The translations under genes and the position numbers were made by a program. The notes under the pieces were generated by a model that saw only the letters and a list, made by a program, of their open reading frames with translations, was not told the origin of the DNA and made no database searches. DNA of 64,000 nucleotides from Octopus vulgaris (Eukaryota). Position 1 is the stretch's first letter; each line of letters starts with the position of its first letter. The stretch lies in assembly GCA_951406725.2 (NCBI GenBank), contig OX597833.1:54622001-54686000 (forward strand). Direction: 5' to 3'. This document shows, piece by piece, positions 12,837 to 30,646 of the stretch.

Positions 12837-13454
12837 TTTATGCATGTACGTATGTATTCCTGTCCGTGTCTGTCCAAGTTTGTATGTCCATCCATGTGTG
12901 TGTTGCCGTGTGTCTGAGTAAATATTCGTGAATGTGGAGCAGTAATTTCACTTTCGTACAAAGCGGAAGCAGTACTCCACCACCACCACCACCCCTACTT
13001 CCCCACCCAAATCCATCCACCCGTCCACCCCTACATCAACCCACCCAACCGACTGACCAACCAACCGACCGATATTTTCCCCACATTTTCCATTTTTTCC
13101 GAGAAAGCCATCTTTCTGCAAAACTCAGCAAACAAACGGGCAAGTAGAAACACTTTAACACTCTTAAACGACTACAACCACGACCACCACCACCACCAAC
13201 ATCTACTCAACTACAAAAAAAAAAAAAAAAAAAAAAGAAAACGAAAACTGAGTCTCGTGGACAGCTGTGCATTGTTTTGTAGAGGGGTTTTGCAAGGCAA
13301 AAAAAAAAAAAAAAGATATAAGATTTCTTTCAGATACCAGAATGTTGAATTTGATGACAAGAATGGTGATCTAGATGACAACGAATGTTTATTGAGAGAT
13401 TCTCTGTTTTGTAGCCAATTATTATTTGTTTCTTTCACATATTGTCAGCTTTTA

Positions 13455-13510
13455 TTATCACTGTCATAATCATTATTATTATTATTATTTTTATTATTAT
13501 TATTATTATT

Positions 13511-13541
<31 letters not shown>

Positions 13542-13586
13542 CCATTTTTGTTACTATTATTATTATTAATATTATTATTATCATCA

Positions 13587-13632
<46 letters not shown>

Positions 13633-13649
13633 TACTTATCATATCATTA

Positions 13650-13685
<36 letters not shown>

Positions 13686-14124
13686 TATATTATTATTACT
13701 ATATTATTATTACTACTACTACTACTACTACTAAGGTGGCAAGCTGGCAGAATCGTTAGCATGCCGGGCGAAATGCTTAGCGGTATTTAAGCTGCCGTTA
13801 CATTCTGAGTTCAAATTCCACCGAGGTCGACTTTGCCTTTCATCCTTTCGGGGTCGATAAAATAAGTACCAGTTACACACTGGCGTCGATATAAGCGACT
13901 TAATGCGTTTGTCTGTCCTTGTTTGTCCTCTCTGTGTTTAGCCCCTTGTGGGTAGTAAAGAAATAGGTATTTCACCTGCCACTGTGTTCAAATTCCACTG
14001 AGGTTGGCTTTGCCTTTCATCCTTTTGGGGTCAATAAATTAAGTTCCAGCTGTGTACTGAGGTTGACCTAATCGACTGGCCCCCTCCCCAAAAAATTTTG
14101 GGCCTTGTGCCTAGAGTAGAAAAG

Positions 14125-14159
<35 letters not shown>

Positions 14160-14213
14160 CATCATTATTATTATTATTATTATTATTATCATCATTATTA
14201 TTATTATTATTAT
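13455..14213. repeat. (ATT/ATC/ACT)n tracts enclosing SINE family A copies (13734-14124, + strand)
   Basis: Trinucleotide tracts plus one full and one partial family A SINE. Confidence 0.85.
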
Positions 14214-14667
14214 AATTCCAAGTCTTACCCAGGGATCTCAAGAGACAACAAGTTAGAAGTTCAATTTGGTGTTATGACTAGGGTGCTTTTATTTGGTTTT
14301 GTTCAGAGTATTGTTCCAGAGAATATTTGTCAAAACAAAAGTAAATTGAAGTTTGTTTTTAAAAGTAATTTGATTATAAGATGATAGTCTGATGTTAAGA
14401 TGAGAGTAAAATGTATTTGCTGTTATGTACATTTAAAAGTATTTTGACTATGTTTACAAATTAAAATATTTTGGGGATTACATAGACAATATTTTACATG
14501 GGATATGGGCAGTTCCCATCAGAACTATGTTTCAAATTTCTTCCATTTTGGGATTTCCTGGTATCTGAGATGGGTAGCAATCAGCCCCATTTGCTATCAT
14601 TCCTAGGGTATTGTTTTAGTCTTGAGGTTCCACATTTTTGCCAATTTCTATTTCAAGACCTTTATGC
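14214..14667 (-). mobile_element. 3' end of an R4/Dong-like non-LTR retrotransposon (restriction-like endonuclease C-terminus)
   Basis: Minus strand reads HKGLEIEIGK/MWNLKTKTIP/LGMI...EEI*NIVLMGTAHIPCKILSM*; the 3' end abuts a (TAA)n tract. Confidence 0.75.
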
Positions 14668-14759
14668 ATGAATAAATAAGCATTACATATGACAGAATAA
14701 TCTGAATGCTAATAGTTAAGTATGTCTCCATTACAACTATTATATTATCTATGCACCTT

Positions 14760-15050
14760 GTCTATATCATGTGTTTATGTTTACGTATTACTCCATTTTC
14801 TGCTGTGGATAGGTAGAATGTAGCAGACATAGGTCCTCATGATGAACCCATGGGTATTTCCTCTATTGTTTATATAAAATACCTTGTGAGTAACAAACAA
14901 ACACTTCAGTTGTACATATCAGGAGTAGTTATTTTAATAAGCTTGCAGCATTGTGGATGACTATGTTTTGGAGATGTTTATATACATTCTCTATCAAAAT
15001 TTCTATTGCTTCTGCCATTGAGACTGAACCATTAACAGGAAATTCTACAG
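14760..15050 (-). mobile_element. Penelope-like RT fragment
   Basis: Minus strand YKQ..EIPMGSS*GPMSATFY resembles the PLE RT motif YxQxxGxPMGSxLxPxxAxFY. Confidence 0.6.
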
Positions 15051-15177
15051 AAATTCAACCAGTATATTAACACCAACACAGATGCCAAATATATTCACTT
15101 CTTGAAACTTTCGAGGTCAGGAAACATCTAATAAGAATTTAGGAATTTTATTATTTCAAACCAACAGAAAAATAAAT

Positions 15178-15340
15178 AGTGGCTGTGTGGTAAGTAGCTT
15201 GCTTACTAACCACATGCTCCTGGGTTCACTCCCACTGCATGGCACCTTGGGTAAGTGTTTTCTACTGTAGCCTTGGGCTGACCAAAGCCTTGTGAGTGGA
15301 TTTGGTAGACAGAAACTGAAAGAAGCCCATCAGATATATG

Positions 15341-15403
<63 letters not shown>

Positions 15404-15640
15404 CTATCTATATATATATATATATATGTTTGTGTGTGTGTGTGTTTGTCCCCCCAACATTGCTTGACAACCGATGCTGGTGTGTTTATGTACCCATAAT
15501 TTAGCGGTTTGGCAAAAGAGACCGATAGAATAAGTACTAGGCTTACAAAGAATAAGTCCTGAGGTCAATTTACTCGACTAAAGGCGGTGCTCCAGCATGG
15601 CCACAGTCAAATGACTGAAACAAGTAAAAGAGTTAAAGAG
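15178..15640 (+). mobile_element. SINE family B
   Basis: Head, CORE-like domain, (TA)n spacer and tail ending gtaaaagag. Confidence 0.88.
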
Positions 15641-16219
15641 TAATAAAAAATACAAAAAATCTAAAATAAAAAATATAAAAATTTGGATAAACAGTTATGT
15701 ATTTAATGAAGTTCTCTTCTTCCAAAATTTTCTCAAAAAGTATTAGTCAACATAGGGGTAGAGCAGAAGACACCTACTGAAGCTGGTGGACGTTGGAACT
15801 GAACCGAAAACCAAGTGGTTGCAAAACATGCCATGCAATCCCGCAACTTATATGTACATGTGTGTATATGTGTATCTCTCTCTATGCATGTGTTTATTTT
15901 TGCCTATGCATACGCATCGGTGTATACGTATCCATTTTTATATGAATGTACATAAGCTGGTGTATGCATGTGTGTGTGTGCATACACCAGCTTGCATCTG
16001 AGCATTCCTACTGTTTACATTTCATTTCTTATAAAAAAACATAAAAGCGGTCAATGCACACACTTATGTTGACGGTATGCAGCCGTCGATGTACGTTCGT
16101 CATATTTAAGATAAATATGACAACGGATTCACACCAAGTTTTTGCCCACTTCTGCTGATGGTCAATCTACTGAGTTGGTGGATTGAGAAGACGGCAAACA
16201 ATTAATATTTTATAATATC

Positions 16220-17005
<786 letters not shown>

Positions 17006-17067
17006 AGATAGATAGATATTGGTTTGGTGATGCAAACGGGAAAAATAGAACTCAAAACATGAGTACA

Positions 17068-17461
17068 TCTTTATATATAAAAGAGAGGTTGTGTGTCTGT
17101 CTCCTACGATTTAGATTCCTAACTACTCCCACATTTTGCGATGCAGTTTAACCAAAACTGGGTATCTTATAGTCGTGATTCATATCAAGCCCTTCTGGGT
17201 ATTAGCGCGCATCTATGATGAGTCTACGATTTTAAAAAGAATTTACCATCAATTTTTCCCATTTTGAATGCATTTTTGGCATATATAAGGGAAGTAACTC
17301 TCTAAAAATTTATTATTAAATCTCAGAACTTAAAAAGCTACAATAACACCCCTCCCTTTGTGGTTAGCCATATAGAGATGGCTATTATACTTTACATCTC
17401 TAAAAATGCTTATATAGTTATTTCCCTTACAAACCCGATCAACGCCGGGCGATACTGCTAG
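17068..17461 (+). mobile_element. Non-autonomous Helitron
   Basis: Host A|TC 5' end (tctttatatataaaag...gtgtgtctgtc); subterminal hairpin cccgatcaacgccggg; CTAG|T 3' end. Confidence 0.85.
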
Positions 17462-17591
17462 TGTATATATATTTTCAGAAGCAACAGAGTGACTCAAGAG
17501 CCAAAGGTTTTGTGCATGGACACTTATTACTTTGATAAGTGCTAATGCACGAAACTCTTAGCCCTAGAGTCACTTTGTTGCCTCTGCTAAA

Positions 17592-17636
<45 letters not shown>

Positions 17637-17655
17637 ACACAAATATACATACGTC

Positions 17656-18082
17656 CAGTCAGTTCAGTCCATTATCACTAAAGATTTGAGTATAAGACAC
17701 ATGTCTGCCAAGTTTGTGCCAAAACTGCTTTCAGCTGACCAAGCAGACACTCAGAGTTTCAGTTGCACAAGATCTCCTTGATCATGTTGAGAACAAGGAA
17801 AACGTTTTGGAAACTTTGCACAGACTTCTGAGCAGGTATTTCCAAGCTTTTGACGAAATTTAATAGAGATTATCTGCTAAACTGTCATGTAGTGTGCGAC
17901 AATCACACACTACACACCTTCCTTCCAAGCATTGCTATAAGCAGCAGAAGTAAACTAGAACGTTAAAACTTAGTGTGCAGACACAGCAGAGTTTAAGGTC
18001 AATCTGTGCACAGTGGCTTTACTCAGTGTGTTTTAGCTTCGTTGCTATGGCAACAGTCCGGATACTTATTGATCAAACCATA
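17656..18082 (+). mobile_element. Mariner transposase remnant with right TIR
   Basis: VQSIITKDLSIRHMSAKFVPKLLSADQ resembles the mariner WVPxxL linker; ends cagtccggatacttattgatcaaacca-TA. Confidence 0.75.
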
Positions 18083-18650
18083 TATATATAAATACAATGC
18101 ACATTAAGTGTAGCATGATGGTTAAGATGTTGCACTCCTGATTGTTAGATAATAAGTTTGATTCCTAGACCAGGAAGCACATTGTGTTCTTGAGCAAAAC
18201 ACTCCATTCCACATTGCTCTGCATGAGGGAGAGTGGCAGAAGTGTTGGTGTGTCAGCAGAAATGCTTTACAGTATATCTTCTGGCTCACTACATTCTGAG
18301 TTCAAATCCCACTTGCACGGAGAAGGCAACAGGAAACCACTCCAGTACTATTCGTCCCAAGTCTACTCATGATAGTCGAAGTTCCAGTAATCTACTTAAC
18401 GACAGCAGTGGAGGGTATGGGTCCTCCCAAGTTGTATAGAAAGAGTGCTAGAGAAGGTTCATATGTGCAAGACCTGCCCAAGAGCAGACCACCACTAGAC
18501 TCTGTGTGTGTGTGTGTGTGTGTATGTGTGTTTTGTCACCCCTATCACTTGACAACTGATGTTGGCTTGTTCGTGTTCCCATAACTTAGTGGTTCAGCAA
18601 AAGAAACTAATAGAATAAGTGGCAAACTTTAAAATTGTGCACTGGAGTTA

Positions 18651-18952
18651 CGCCATATGGAGTTAACCACTACACCATATGCCTGAGAGCATATGGCATA
18701 GTGGTTAAGAGCACGGGATACTAACCCCAAGATTCCGAGTTCGATTCCAAGCAGTGACCTGAGCAATTACAATAATAATAATAATAATAATAGCATCAAA
18801 AAAATACCTTAGGAATGAGAATCCAGGTTCGAAATTTCCCCAAGACACCTGATGAAAGCTGGAGGGTATATCAGCCGAAATGTTGTGTTAACAACAAACA
18901 AGATGAGGACAAATATCCATTGAATGTAAATAAAGTAAATAATGTAAATAAA
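18651..18952 (+). mobile_element. tRNA-headed SINE-like element ending in a hammerhead motif
   Basis: A box tggcatagtgg (18694); B box gagttcgattcc (18737); (AAT)n; hammerhead; TSD gcactggagtta at 18639-18650 and 18953-18964. Confidence 0.75.
18844..18889 (+). ncRNA. Minimal type-I hammerhead ribozyme motif (probably decayed copy)
   Basis: gacac-CTGATGA-a-agctg/cagcc-GAA-atgt-t-gtgtt; stem I gacac/gtgtt. Confidence 0.65.
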
Positions 18953-19139
18953 GCACTGGAGTTAATTTGTTGAACTCAACCTTTCATGGCAGTGCTCCAG
19001 CAGGGCCACAGTTCAATGACTGAAAGATGTAAAAGATTAAAAGAGACTATGAATGTGATATTTATATATACTTGATAATATTTTTCTGATAATTCAAGAA
19101 ATTTTGTTAGCCATGTCACCATTTTATTTTTCAGGTAAT

Positions 19140-19550
19140 GCATAATTTTTAGGAAAGCCAAAACACTTTTTAGGAGGCACAGAATTTTTAGGAGAAGCAT
19201 AAAATGTTCAGTAGGAGCAGAAAAGTTTTAGTAGGAGCAGAAAGTATTTAAATGAGAGCAGGAGATTTTAAGCAGGTGCTCAAAATTTTTAGTAAGAATA
19301 GAAAGTTTTTAGTAAGAGCAGAAAATTAATGGTTGGGGCACAATTTTGTTTAGGAAGAGCAGAAAAATTTTAGACGGCAATACAAAAACTTATAGATATT
19401 TAAAGGGAACTGTAAAATTTTTTTAAGGGGATTGAAATATTTATAGGGTTCAGAACAATTTTTTATAGGGACAAATTTTATGATGAGCAGAAAGATTTTA
19501 AGAATACAAACATTTTTGTGAGAATTAGATTTTTATAGGAGCTAGAGACT
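19140..19550. repeat. Degenerate ~21-bp minisatellite (aaaatttttagtaggagcaga)
   Basis: Recurrent tttaggag...cagaaaa units. Confidence 0.65.
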
Positions 19551-19911
19551 TTTGAATTTAAATTTTAAATTTGCATTAAGAAGTAGCATATTGATATGAT
19601 AGTGTAAATAAAGTTATTGATTTGTTTGAACTCCAATGTTTTTTACAGATTTTATACAGATTTTTTACAGATCTTATGCAAAAGTTTTACTGTTTTCATA
19701 AAGTTAAAAATTCAAATACTTTTCGTTATTTTTCTAGTATAAATTTTTATTTTTATTTTCATAGCATTATTCACTTTACTGTTTTGTAAAAAAAATTCTA
19801 TGACTTTGTATATAAGTAAAAATTTAGTTTGTGTAAAGTTTGTTTTAATTTTAAACTCATAAAATGATGGGTGATCAATCTACATTAAATAATTTTTAAA
19901 GTTTTGGTTTC

Positions 19912-22900
19912 TCTATCTTCTTCAATAATATAAAGAATTCTCATGTGTTTGTCTGCAATTCATTCAAAAACTTGACAACAGATTGCTAGAGAGAAAAATT
20001 AAGGCCAGATTTATAATTTGAAAATCAGATAAAGATTTTAAAAATTTTTTGTTGTTTCCAACCATGGTTCCTAGAAAGAGAAACTTTTGTACTATGAAGC
20101 CTTCTATGAATTCCAAAGGAAAGAAGTCAAAAAGAGCCAGTGAAACAGAACAGAGAAGAAGACGAGATGCTGCTAGAAATTACACTGACCAAATTTGAAA
20201 AGTGAGCCAAATTGAAGAACAGCAGAGAGAAAGACATGATACCTCTAACAAATCTGACTGAAAGTGAAAATGGAGACTGAAGACGAGAAGCAAATTAAGT
20301 GAGAATAACAGTTACTGAATAAAATCAAAAACATGAGTCTGTTAGACAAAGCCATCAGTGCCTCAGGTCTGTGGAGATGCCAGAACAATGAAATAAAAGG
20401 TTAAGTTTAATGAGAGATGCTACTCTATGGCACCAATCAAATGAGGGCTCAGAAGAAAGGCAGCTAAAGCTGGAAACTATTAGGGGATGTAGGGGCTGGA
20501 TAACTGTGCATGGCAATGGAAAAAGCTCTACCATTTAGCCCCAGTGATGCACCAACCCACTCCAATATTGGTCAAATGGATTGCAGATGTAAGAAATATG
20601 GTGCATTCAAGGAAGAGACATCAGTATTGTGGTGTTTTTTATGGCAAAGTTATTTAGGAACAATCACCAGTCTTGCCTCCCTTTCTATAAGAATATTCTT
20701 TTGAACAAACATTTACTTGGCAACATCCAAAGTTACAATAGCAGTTTTGTCATAACAAGCTTTGGCTACCAGAAGACAACTATAGAGGGATAGAATCCGA
20801 GCTTTTGAGTTCTTGTTTCCACCAGAGGAAGGCCATGCTAAATATCTCCAGGTCAATCTTCTCAACACCCTGAAGAACAACTGGCTGCCTGAAAAAAACA
20901 ACAGCAGCGTTAAACCAGCAATTCTTCAAAAACTTAGTAAATTGTTTCAAATAGATAATCACCAGTGCGTAACTGGTACTTATTTAATCGACCCCGAAAG
21001 GATGAAAGGCAAAGTCGACCTCGGCGGAATTTGAACTCAGAACGTAATGGCAGATGAAATACCACTAAGCATTTCGCCCGGCATGCTAACGTTTCTGCCA
21101 GCTTGCCACCTTATATCAGATACATTACATCATCCTACATGGCAACTATAACAATAGTAGCCCCATGTTCTTGGATGTTCCTGGTGGCAGAGGAAAGAGC
21201 TCTGTAATCATCACAGTTCTATAATATGCTCATTCAATGAAAAATTGCCCTAGTTCTGGCATCTTCAAGTACTGCAGTGATGCTGTTTGAACGAGAATAA
21301 ACCATTCTTATCACATTCAAGATTTGACTCAATACTCACCAACATGTGGCATAAATCATTGCCTAGACTTGAGCAAGATAATCCATAACTCAGCTTTCAC
21401 ATTGATGAAACACCAGTGATGAACAGATCAGCTTATGAAACAATGGACTACATCACACACTTCAAGACAACATGTGGATTAATAGGAGAATGAGAGGCAT
21501 CCCTAAGCTTCTATGTGGAGATTTCAGACAGCGCCTTCTGGTGATAAAGTATGACATTATGTCCAGTGCCATCAATACAAACCAGAAATCATTTTATCTG
21601 TTGTGTAACATTACTATGAAGTACTCGATCACTATGAGAAGGTTTGCCGATCAGGAAAGGAGGGACCGGGCCATTAACTTTGTAAGGCTATTACTAGAAA
21701 TTAGTGATGGGAAGATCTCTGTTGTGGCAGAAACTGACACAATTAACATTACTTGGGAGTTGGAGGAAAAAGTTTCAACCCTAGAGCAGCTCAATGCTCC
21801 AGTCTTACCTTGCATTGCCACCAAACAGTATGAGGTCTGAGCAGTTGACTGAAAGAGCAAAACTGCCTCTATTTAACACCATTGTCAATTTGCTCAACAA
21901 GGCAGCAAGCTAGCAGAACCGTTAGCATACCAAGCAAAATTCTTAGCTGCATTTTGTCCATCTCTACATTCTGAGTTCAAATTCCACTGGGGTCGACTTT
22001 GCCTTTCATCATTTCAGGATCAATACAATAAGTACCAATTGAACTCTTAGGTCAATGTAATCGACTTACCCCCTCCCCCTAAATTGCTGGCCTTGTGCCA
22101 AAATTTGAAACCATTATTGTTATTGCTATTAAGGTGATGAGAAGGCAGAACCATTAGCACACTAAGCAAAATGCTGCTAAGCATTTTGTCCATCTCTATG
22201 TTCCGAGTTCAAATTCCATTGGGGTCGATTTTGCCTTCGATCCATTCAGCATTGATAAAATAACTTTCAGGAATGCCCTCTGACATCCTGAGACTCAGAG
22301 TGGGTCAAGAATATGACCCATCACAAGTAGTTGATGGAAATTTGTGCATCGTCTTTTAGCTTCATGCTAATGTCATTGAAGCTATAATTTTCCAGTAGCT
22401 CTTACAAAAGTGATGTTGTTCTCCTACCAAGAATTCCACCAGCAACCATCGAACACTGAGCTTCCCTTCAAGTTTAGATATTGCCAATTTCCATATTTTG
22501 CTATCATCATCATCATCGTCATCATTGTTTAACGTCTGCTTTCCATGCTGGCATGGGTTGGACGGCTTGACTGAGGACTGGCAAGCCAGGCTCCAGTCAG
22601 ATCTGGCAAAATTTCTACAGCTGGATGCCCTTCCTAATGCCAACCACTCCAAGAGAGTAGTGGGTGCTTTTTACGTGCCACCAGCATGAGGGCCTGTCAG
22701 GTGGTACTGGCATCGACCACACTTGAATGGTGCTTTTTACGTGCCACCAGCACAGGAGCCAGTCAGCCAGCACTGGCAACAACCATGTAAAAATGTAAAA
22801 AGCATGAATGGTGCTTTTTACATGTTACCAGCACAGGACCAGTCAATTGGCTCTGGCATCAACCTATTTCTTTACTACCTACAAGGGGCTAAACACAGAG

Positions 22901-23342
22901 AGGACAAACAGGGACAAACAAATGGATTAAGTCGATTATATCGACCCCAGTGCATAACTGGTACTTAATTTATCGACCCCGAAAGGATGAAAGGCAAAGT
23001 CGACCTCGGCAGAATTTGAACTTAGAACGTAACCACAGATGAAATACCACTAAGCATTTTGCCCAGCATGCTAACGTTTCTGCCAGCTCGCCTCCTTCAA
23101 ATGGTGCTATGATTGTGAATAAGGCACAAAGATAGACAATTAAAGTAATCAGTTTGGATCTCCCAATTCCATGCTTTCTCATGGGCTACATAGTAGATTC
23201 CACAACTGCAAGTACCAAGAAATTAATTACCATGGCGCCAAACAACCAAACAAGAAATGTGGTCTATCGGGAGGCTTTATTGAATTGATACATTTCTGCA
23301 TGATATAAACCAGACAGTCAAGTTAGTGAGGAGACAACTAAT
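19912..23342 (+). mobile_element. Decayed Helitron (RepHel remnant with PIF1-family helicase motifs) carrying nested SINEs
   Basis: TC 5' end; MDCRCKKYGAFKEET zinc-finger-like remnant; FLDVPGGRGKS (Walker A); IDETPVM (Walker B); LLCGDFRQ; GMPSDILRLRVG; PRIP; AMIVNKAQ..TIKVISLDL..PCFSHG; TRNVVYREAL. Confidence 0.88.
22503..23097 (-). mobile_element. Family C and family A SINEs inserted in the Helitron helicase
   Basis: Family motifs interrupt the PIF1 frame between FPI and AMIVNKAQ. Confidence 0.8.
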
Positions 23343-23498
23343 TAATAGTAAAATTATCAGATTTAATTTATTAATAAAACATGTTTATTCAGCATGGTTT
23401 AATTTTATTCTCAATTGAAAGTAACTGAAATCAAGTTATTGCCTTGGTATCTAACTGAACACCTAGACTAGTATATGTATACATACATACATGCACAC

Positions 23499-23574
<76 letters not shown>

Positions 23575-23576
<2 letters not shown>

Positions 23577-24660
23577 AAGGGTGGGAAGGAACACACGAGT
23601 TGATATATATGAAAAAACAAGTCAAAAATAGAAAATGCTAAAATAATTTTATAGTGAATCTTTCAGTACCGGTTTCGGTCATTTTGAGACCTTTTCAACT
23701 ATAACGATTAAATAATTAAATTTAGAAAAATTAGAAGAAAAGTTTTTTTAAAGGAATATTTCTATAGTAGTGTTCAGATATAAGTGGCATTCTGCCTTTC
23801 TCTGACTCCCTTGTTTGCACTTGTGTGTCGGGGGTCGTTGTGAGTTCTTGGTAGGGTAGGAGAAGAAGAAGGCTGAGGAAGAGAGGGGGTGGGGAAATCT
23901 GGGAATGCCTTGATGGTCGTATTTTGAATGGTCAGTGGCGGCCAGCAGTCGCCGTTCAATTCAGGAGAATATTTCTATTGACTGGCTTGTTTATGGAATT
24001 TGCGTAGGCGTTATACTAAAAAACATTAGTGACAAGGTTAAGGGGTAGAAGGTGGAGAAGTAGAAGAAGAAGAAGAAGATGACGATGTTGATGATGATGA
24101 TGAAGAAGAAGAAGAAGGAGAAGAAGAAGAAGAAGAAGAAGAAGAAGAAGAAGAAGAAGAAGGAGAAGGAGAAGATGATGATGATGATGATGGTGGTGAT
24201 GATGATGACGACGATGATGATGATAGTGATGATGATGAAGAAGAAGAGGAGGAAGAAGAAGAAAAAAACAGAGAAGGGAGAATATGAATGGGTGAAAGTA
24301 TAGCTGTGATGGGGCTGATTAGTAATGGATTCTATGGAATGTAATATTTGTGTGTGTATATATTTCTTTTATTCTAAAGTTGAGGTATATTAATTGTTTG
24401 TCATAGACCCGTTAAGAAGTGGCCTGTATTTTGTAATAAAGAGATTTTCTTTACTTATTCGTTGTCTCGAGGTTGTATCATCCCTAAATTGGTAGAGGGG
24501 AAAATCCTGAAGCTTGGTGTTTTTTTGTTGGCGCAAGTATCTATGTGTTGGCTAAAAGCTATTTTTATTATCTGTTTATACCTCGCTCAGAGATTTATTA
24601 TTGTTATCGAACGGATTTTCTACGCCAGTGACTGTAGTTACTGTGAAAATCTATATATAT
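23575..24660 (-). mobile_element. Penelope-like element 3' end (GIY-YIG C-terminus, 3' UTR/pLTR with hammerhead)
   Basis: Minus strand AFSQHIDTCANKKTPSFRIFP/YQFRDDTTSRQRISKENLFITKYRPLLN; internal (GAA/GAT)n; hammerhead at 23664-23702. Confidence 0.7.
23664..23702 (-). ncRNA. Minimal hammerhead ribozyme, U3-A8 core variant
   Basis: tag-TTGAAAA-ggtc(tcaaaat)gacc-GAA-accggt-a-ctg; palindromic stem III ACCGGT. Confidence 0.65.
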
Positions 24661-24913
24661 CTGGCCTGTACAGGAAGTCCCTCAGCGAAGAACGGTGCTT
24701 GCCATGCGCTGACAAGAGGCAAATACCTCGAAACCGGTCCATGTGTAGCATCCGTATCTTCGGTGAGGCTGATCTCCCTTTGCAGGCTAGCAAGGACACC
24801 GTGATGGTGTCGGCTCTTCTGGTGACGTCGATAGTCGCCTGGGTCTAAATGCATCAGTAACACCCCCACCACCCCGCCCTGTCCCTAGCCACATTCAGAT
24901 GGCTGATCCCGCT

Positions 24914-24985
<72 letters not shown>

Positions 24986-24988
<3 letters not shown>

Positions 24989-25640
24989 CGGCAAGCTGGC
25001 AGAAATTTAAGTCGCCGGGCGAAATACTTAGCAGTATTTCGTCTGTCGCTATGTTCTGAGTTCTAATTCCGCCGAGGTCAACTTTGCCTTTCATCCTTTC
25101 GGGGTCGATAAATAAAGTACCAGTTTCGCACTGGGGTCGATGTAATCAACTTAATCCCTTTCTCTGTCCTTGTTTGTCCCCTCTATGTTTAGCCCCTTGT
25201 GGGCAACAAAGATATATATATATATATATATATATCATCATCATCATCATCATTTAATGTCTGTTTTCCATGCTGGCATGGATTGGACGGTTTGACTGTG
25301 GACTAGCGAACCAGGAAGCCACACCAGGCCCCAATCTGATCTGGTAGTGTTTTTACAGCTGGATGCCCTTACTAACGCCAACCACTCCGAAAGTGTAATG
25401 GGGTGCTTTTTACATGCCATAGGCACGGAAGTCGGTCAGTCGGCACTAGCAAGGGAGGAGGAGGTTTTTCTAGCATATATATTCCCCACCCCATTGGATG
25501 GGATGCCAGTCCACTTCAGAATTACTCATATTTGTCATCTGACTGGGATGGACTGGAGCAAAGTGAAATGAAGTGTTTTGCACAAAAACACAAAATATCA
25601 TCCAGTCCAGGAATTGAAACCACAATCTTACAATCATGAG
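24986..25640. mobile_element. Cluster of SINEs: family A (+, 24986-25212), C (-, 25235-25450), E-like (-, 25470-25640)
   Basis: Family motifs. Confidence 0.75.
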
Positions 25641-25679
25641 TCCAAAGTTATTTCATCTGGTTTTGCTTTCAGATCAAAA

Positions 25680-29600
<3,921 letters not shown>

Positions 29601-30507
29601 TTTGTTTTTCTTTTATTTTTCTTTGTTTTTTTTTTTTCGCTAGGTGTGAAAGCGAATACAATTCGTATGTGCAAAGTGTTTCGGAGTTAATATTAAACGA
29701 TGAATATGATTAGACAGATTAAGATGTGTGTGTGGGGGGGGTAGAATCACACAGTGACAAATCAGGAAAAAACAACACCGGCAATTACAGCAGCAACAAC
29801 AACCACAACAACCATGCCAACAACAATAAGCCACTGGTAGTGGCAACAGCTACAATAAGCTCAACAGCAGCAAGAAACAACCACACTGATGACAACTGCA
29901 GCAACAATAACAGCAACAGCACCAGCAACAGTTACAGCAGCAATGAAATCTCAACATCAAGGTTTTTTCAACCAAAATGCTTCAACACACAAACTCACAT
30001 AAAGAATCTTGCAAAACCAAATCCAACAACGAAATACACACACACACAGACGCACAAGCTCTCTTTTGCTCTCTTTTGCTTGTTTCAGTCCTTTGACTGC
30101 GGCCATGCTGGAGCACCACCTTTAGTCGAGCAAATCGACCCCAGGACTTATTCTTTGTAAGCCCAGTACTTATTCTATCGATCGCTTTTGCCGAACCACT
30201 AAGTGATAGGGACGTAAACACACCAGCATCGGTTGTTAAGTAATGCTAGGGGGACAAACACAAACACACAAACACACATACATATATATATATATATACA
30301 TATATACGACAGGCATCTTTCATTTTCCATCTACCAAATCGACTCACAAGTCGACCCCAACGAGTGAATGGTACTTAATTTATCAACCTCGAAAGGATGA
30401 AAGGCTAAGTTGACTTCAGTGGAATTTGAACTCAGAACATAATGGCAGACGAAATACCACTAAGCATTTCACCCGGCTTGCTAATATTTCTGCCAGCTCG
30501 CCACCTT

Positions 30508-30646
<139 letters not shown>

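Noticed and set aside
13326-13430. Exon-like YQNVEFDDKNGDLDDNECLL after tttcag
   Set aside because: No good donor and no recognisable homology
29643-29713. Acceptor plus possible 21-nt micro-exon
   Set aside because: Poly-T/AG motifs are common here; no independent support
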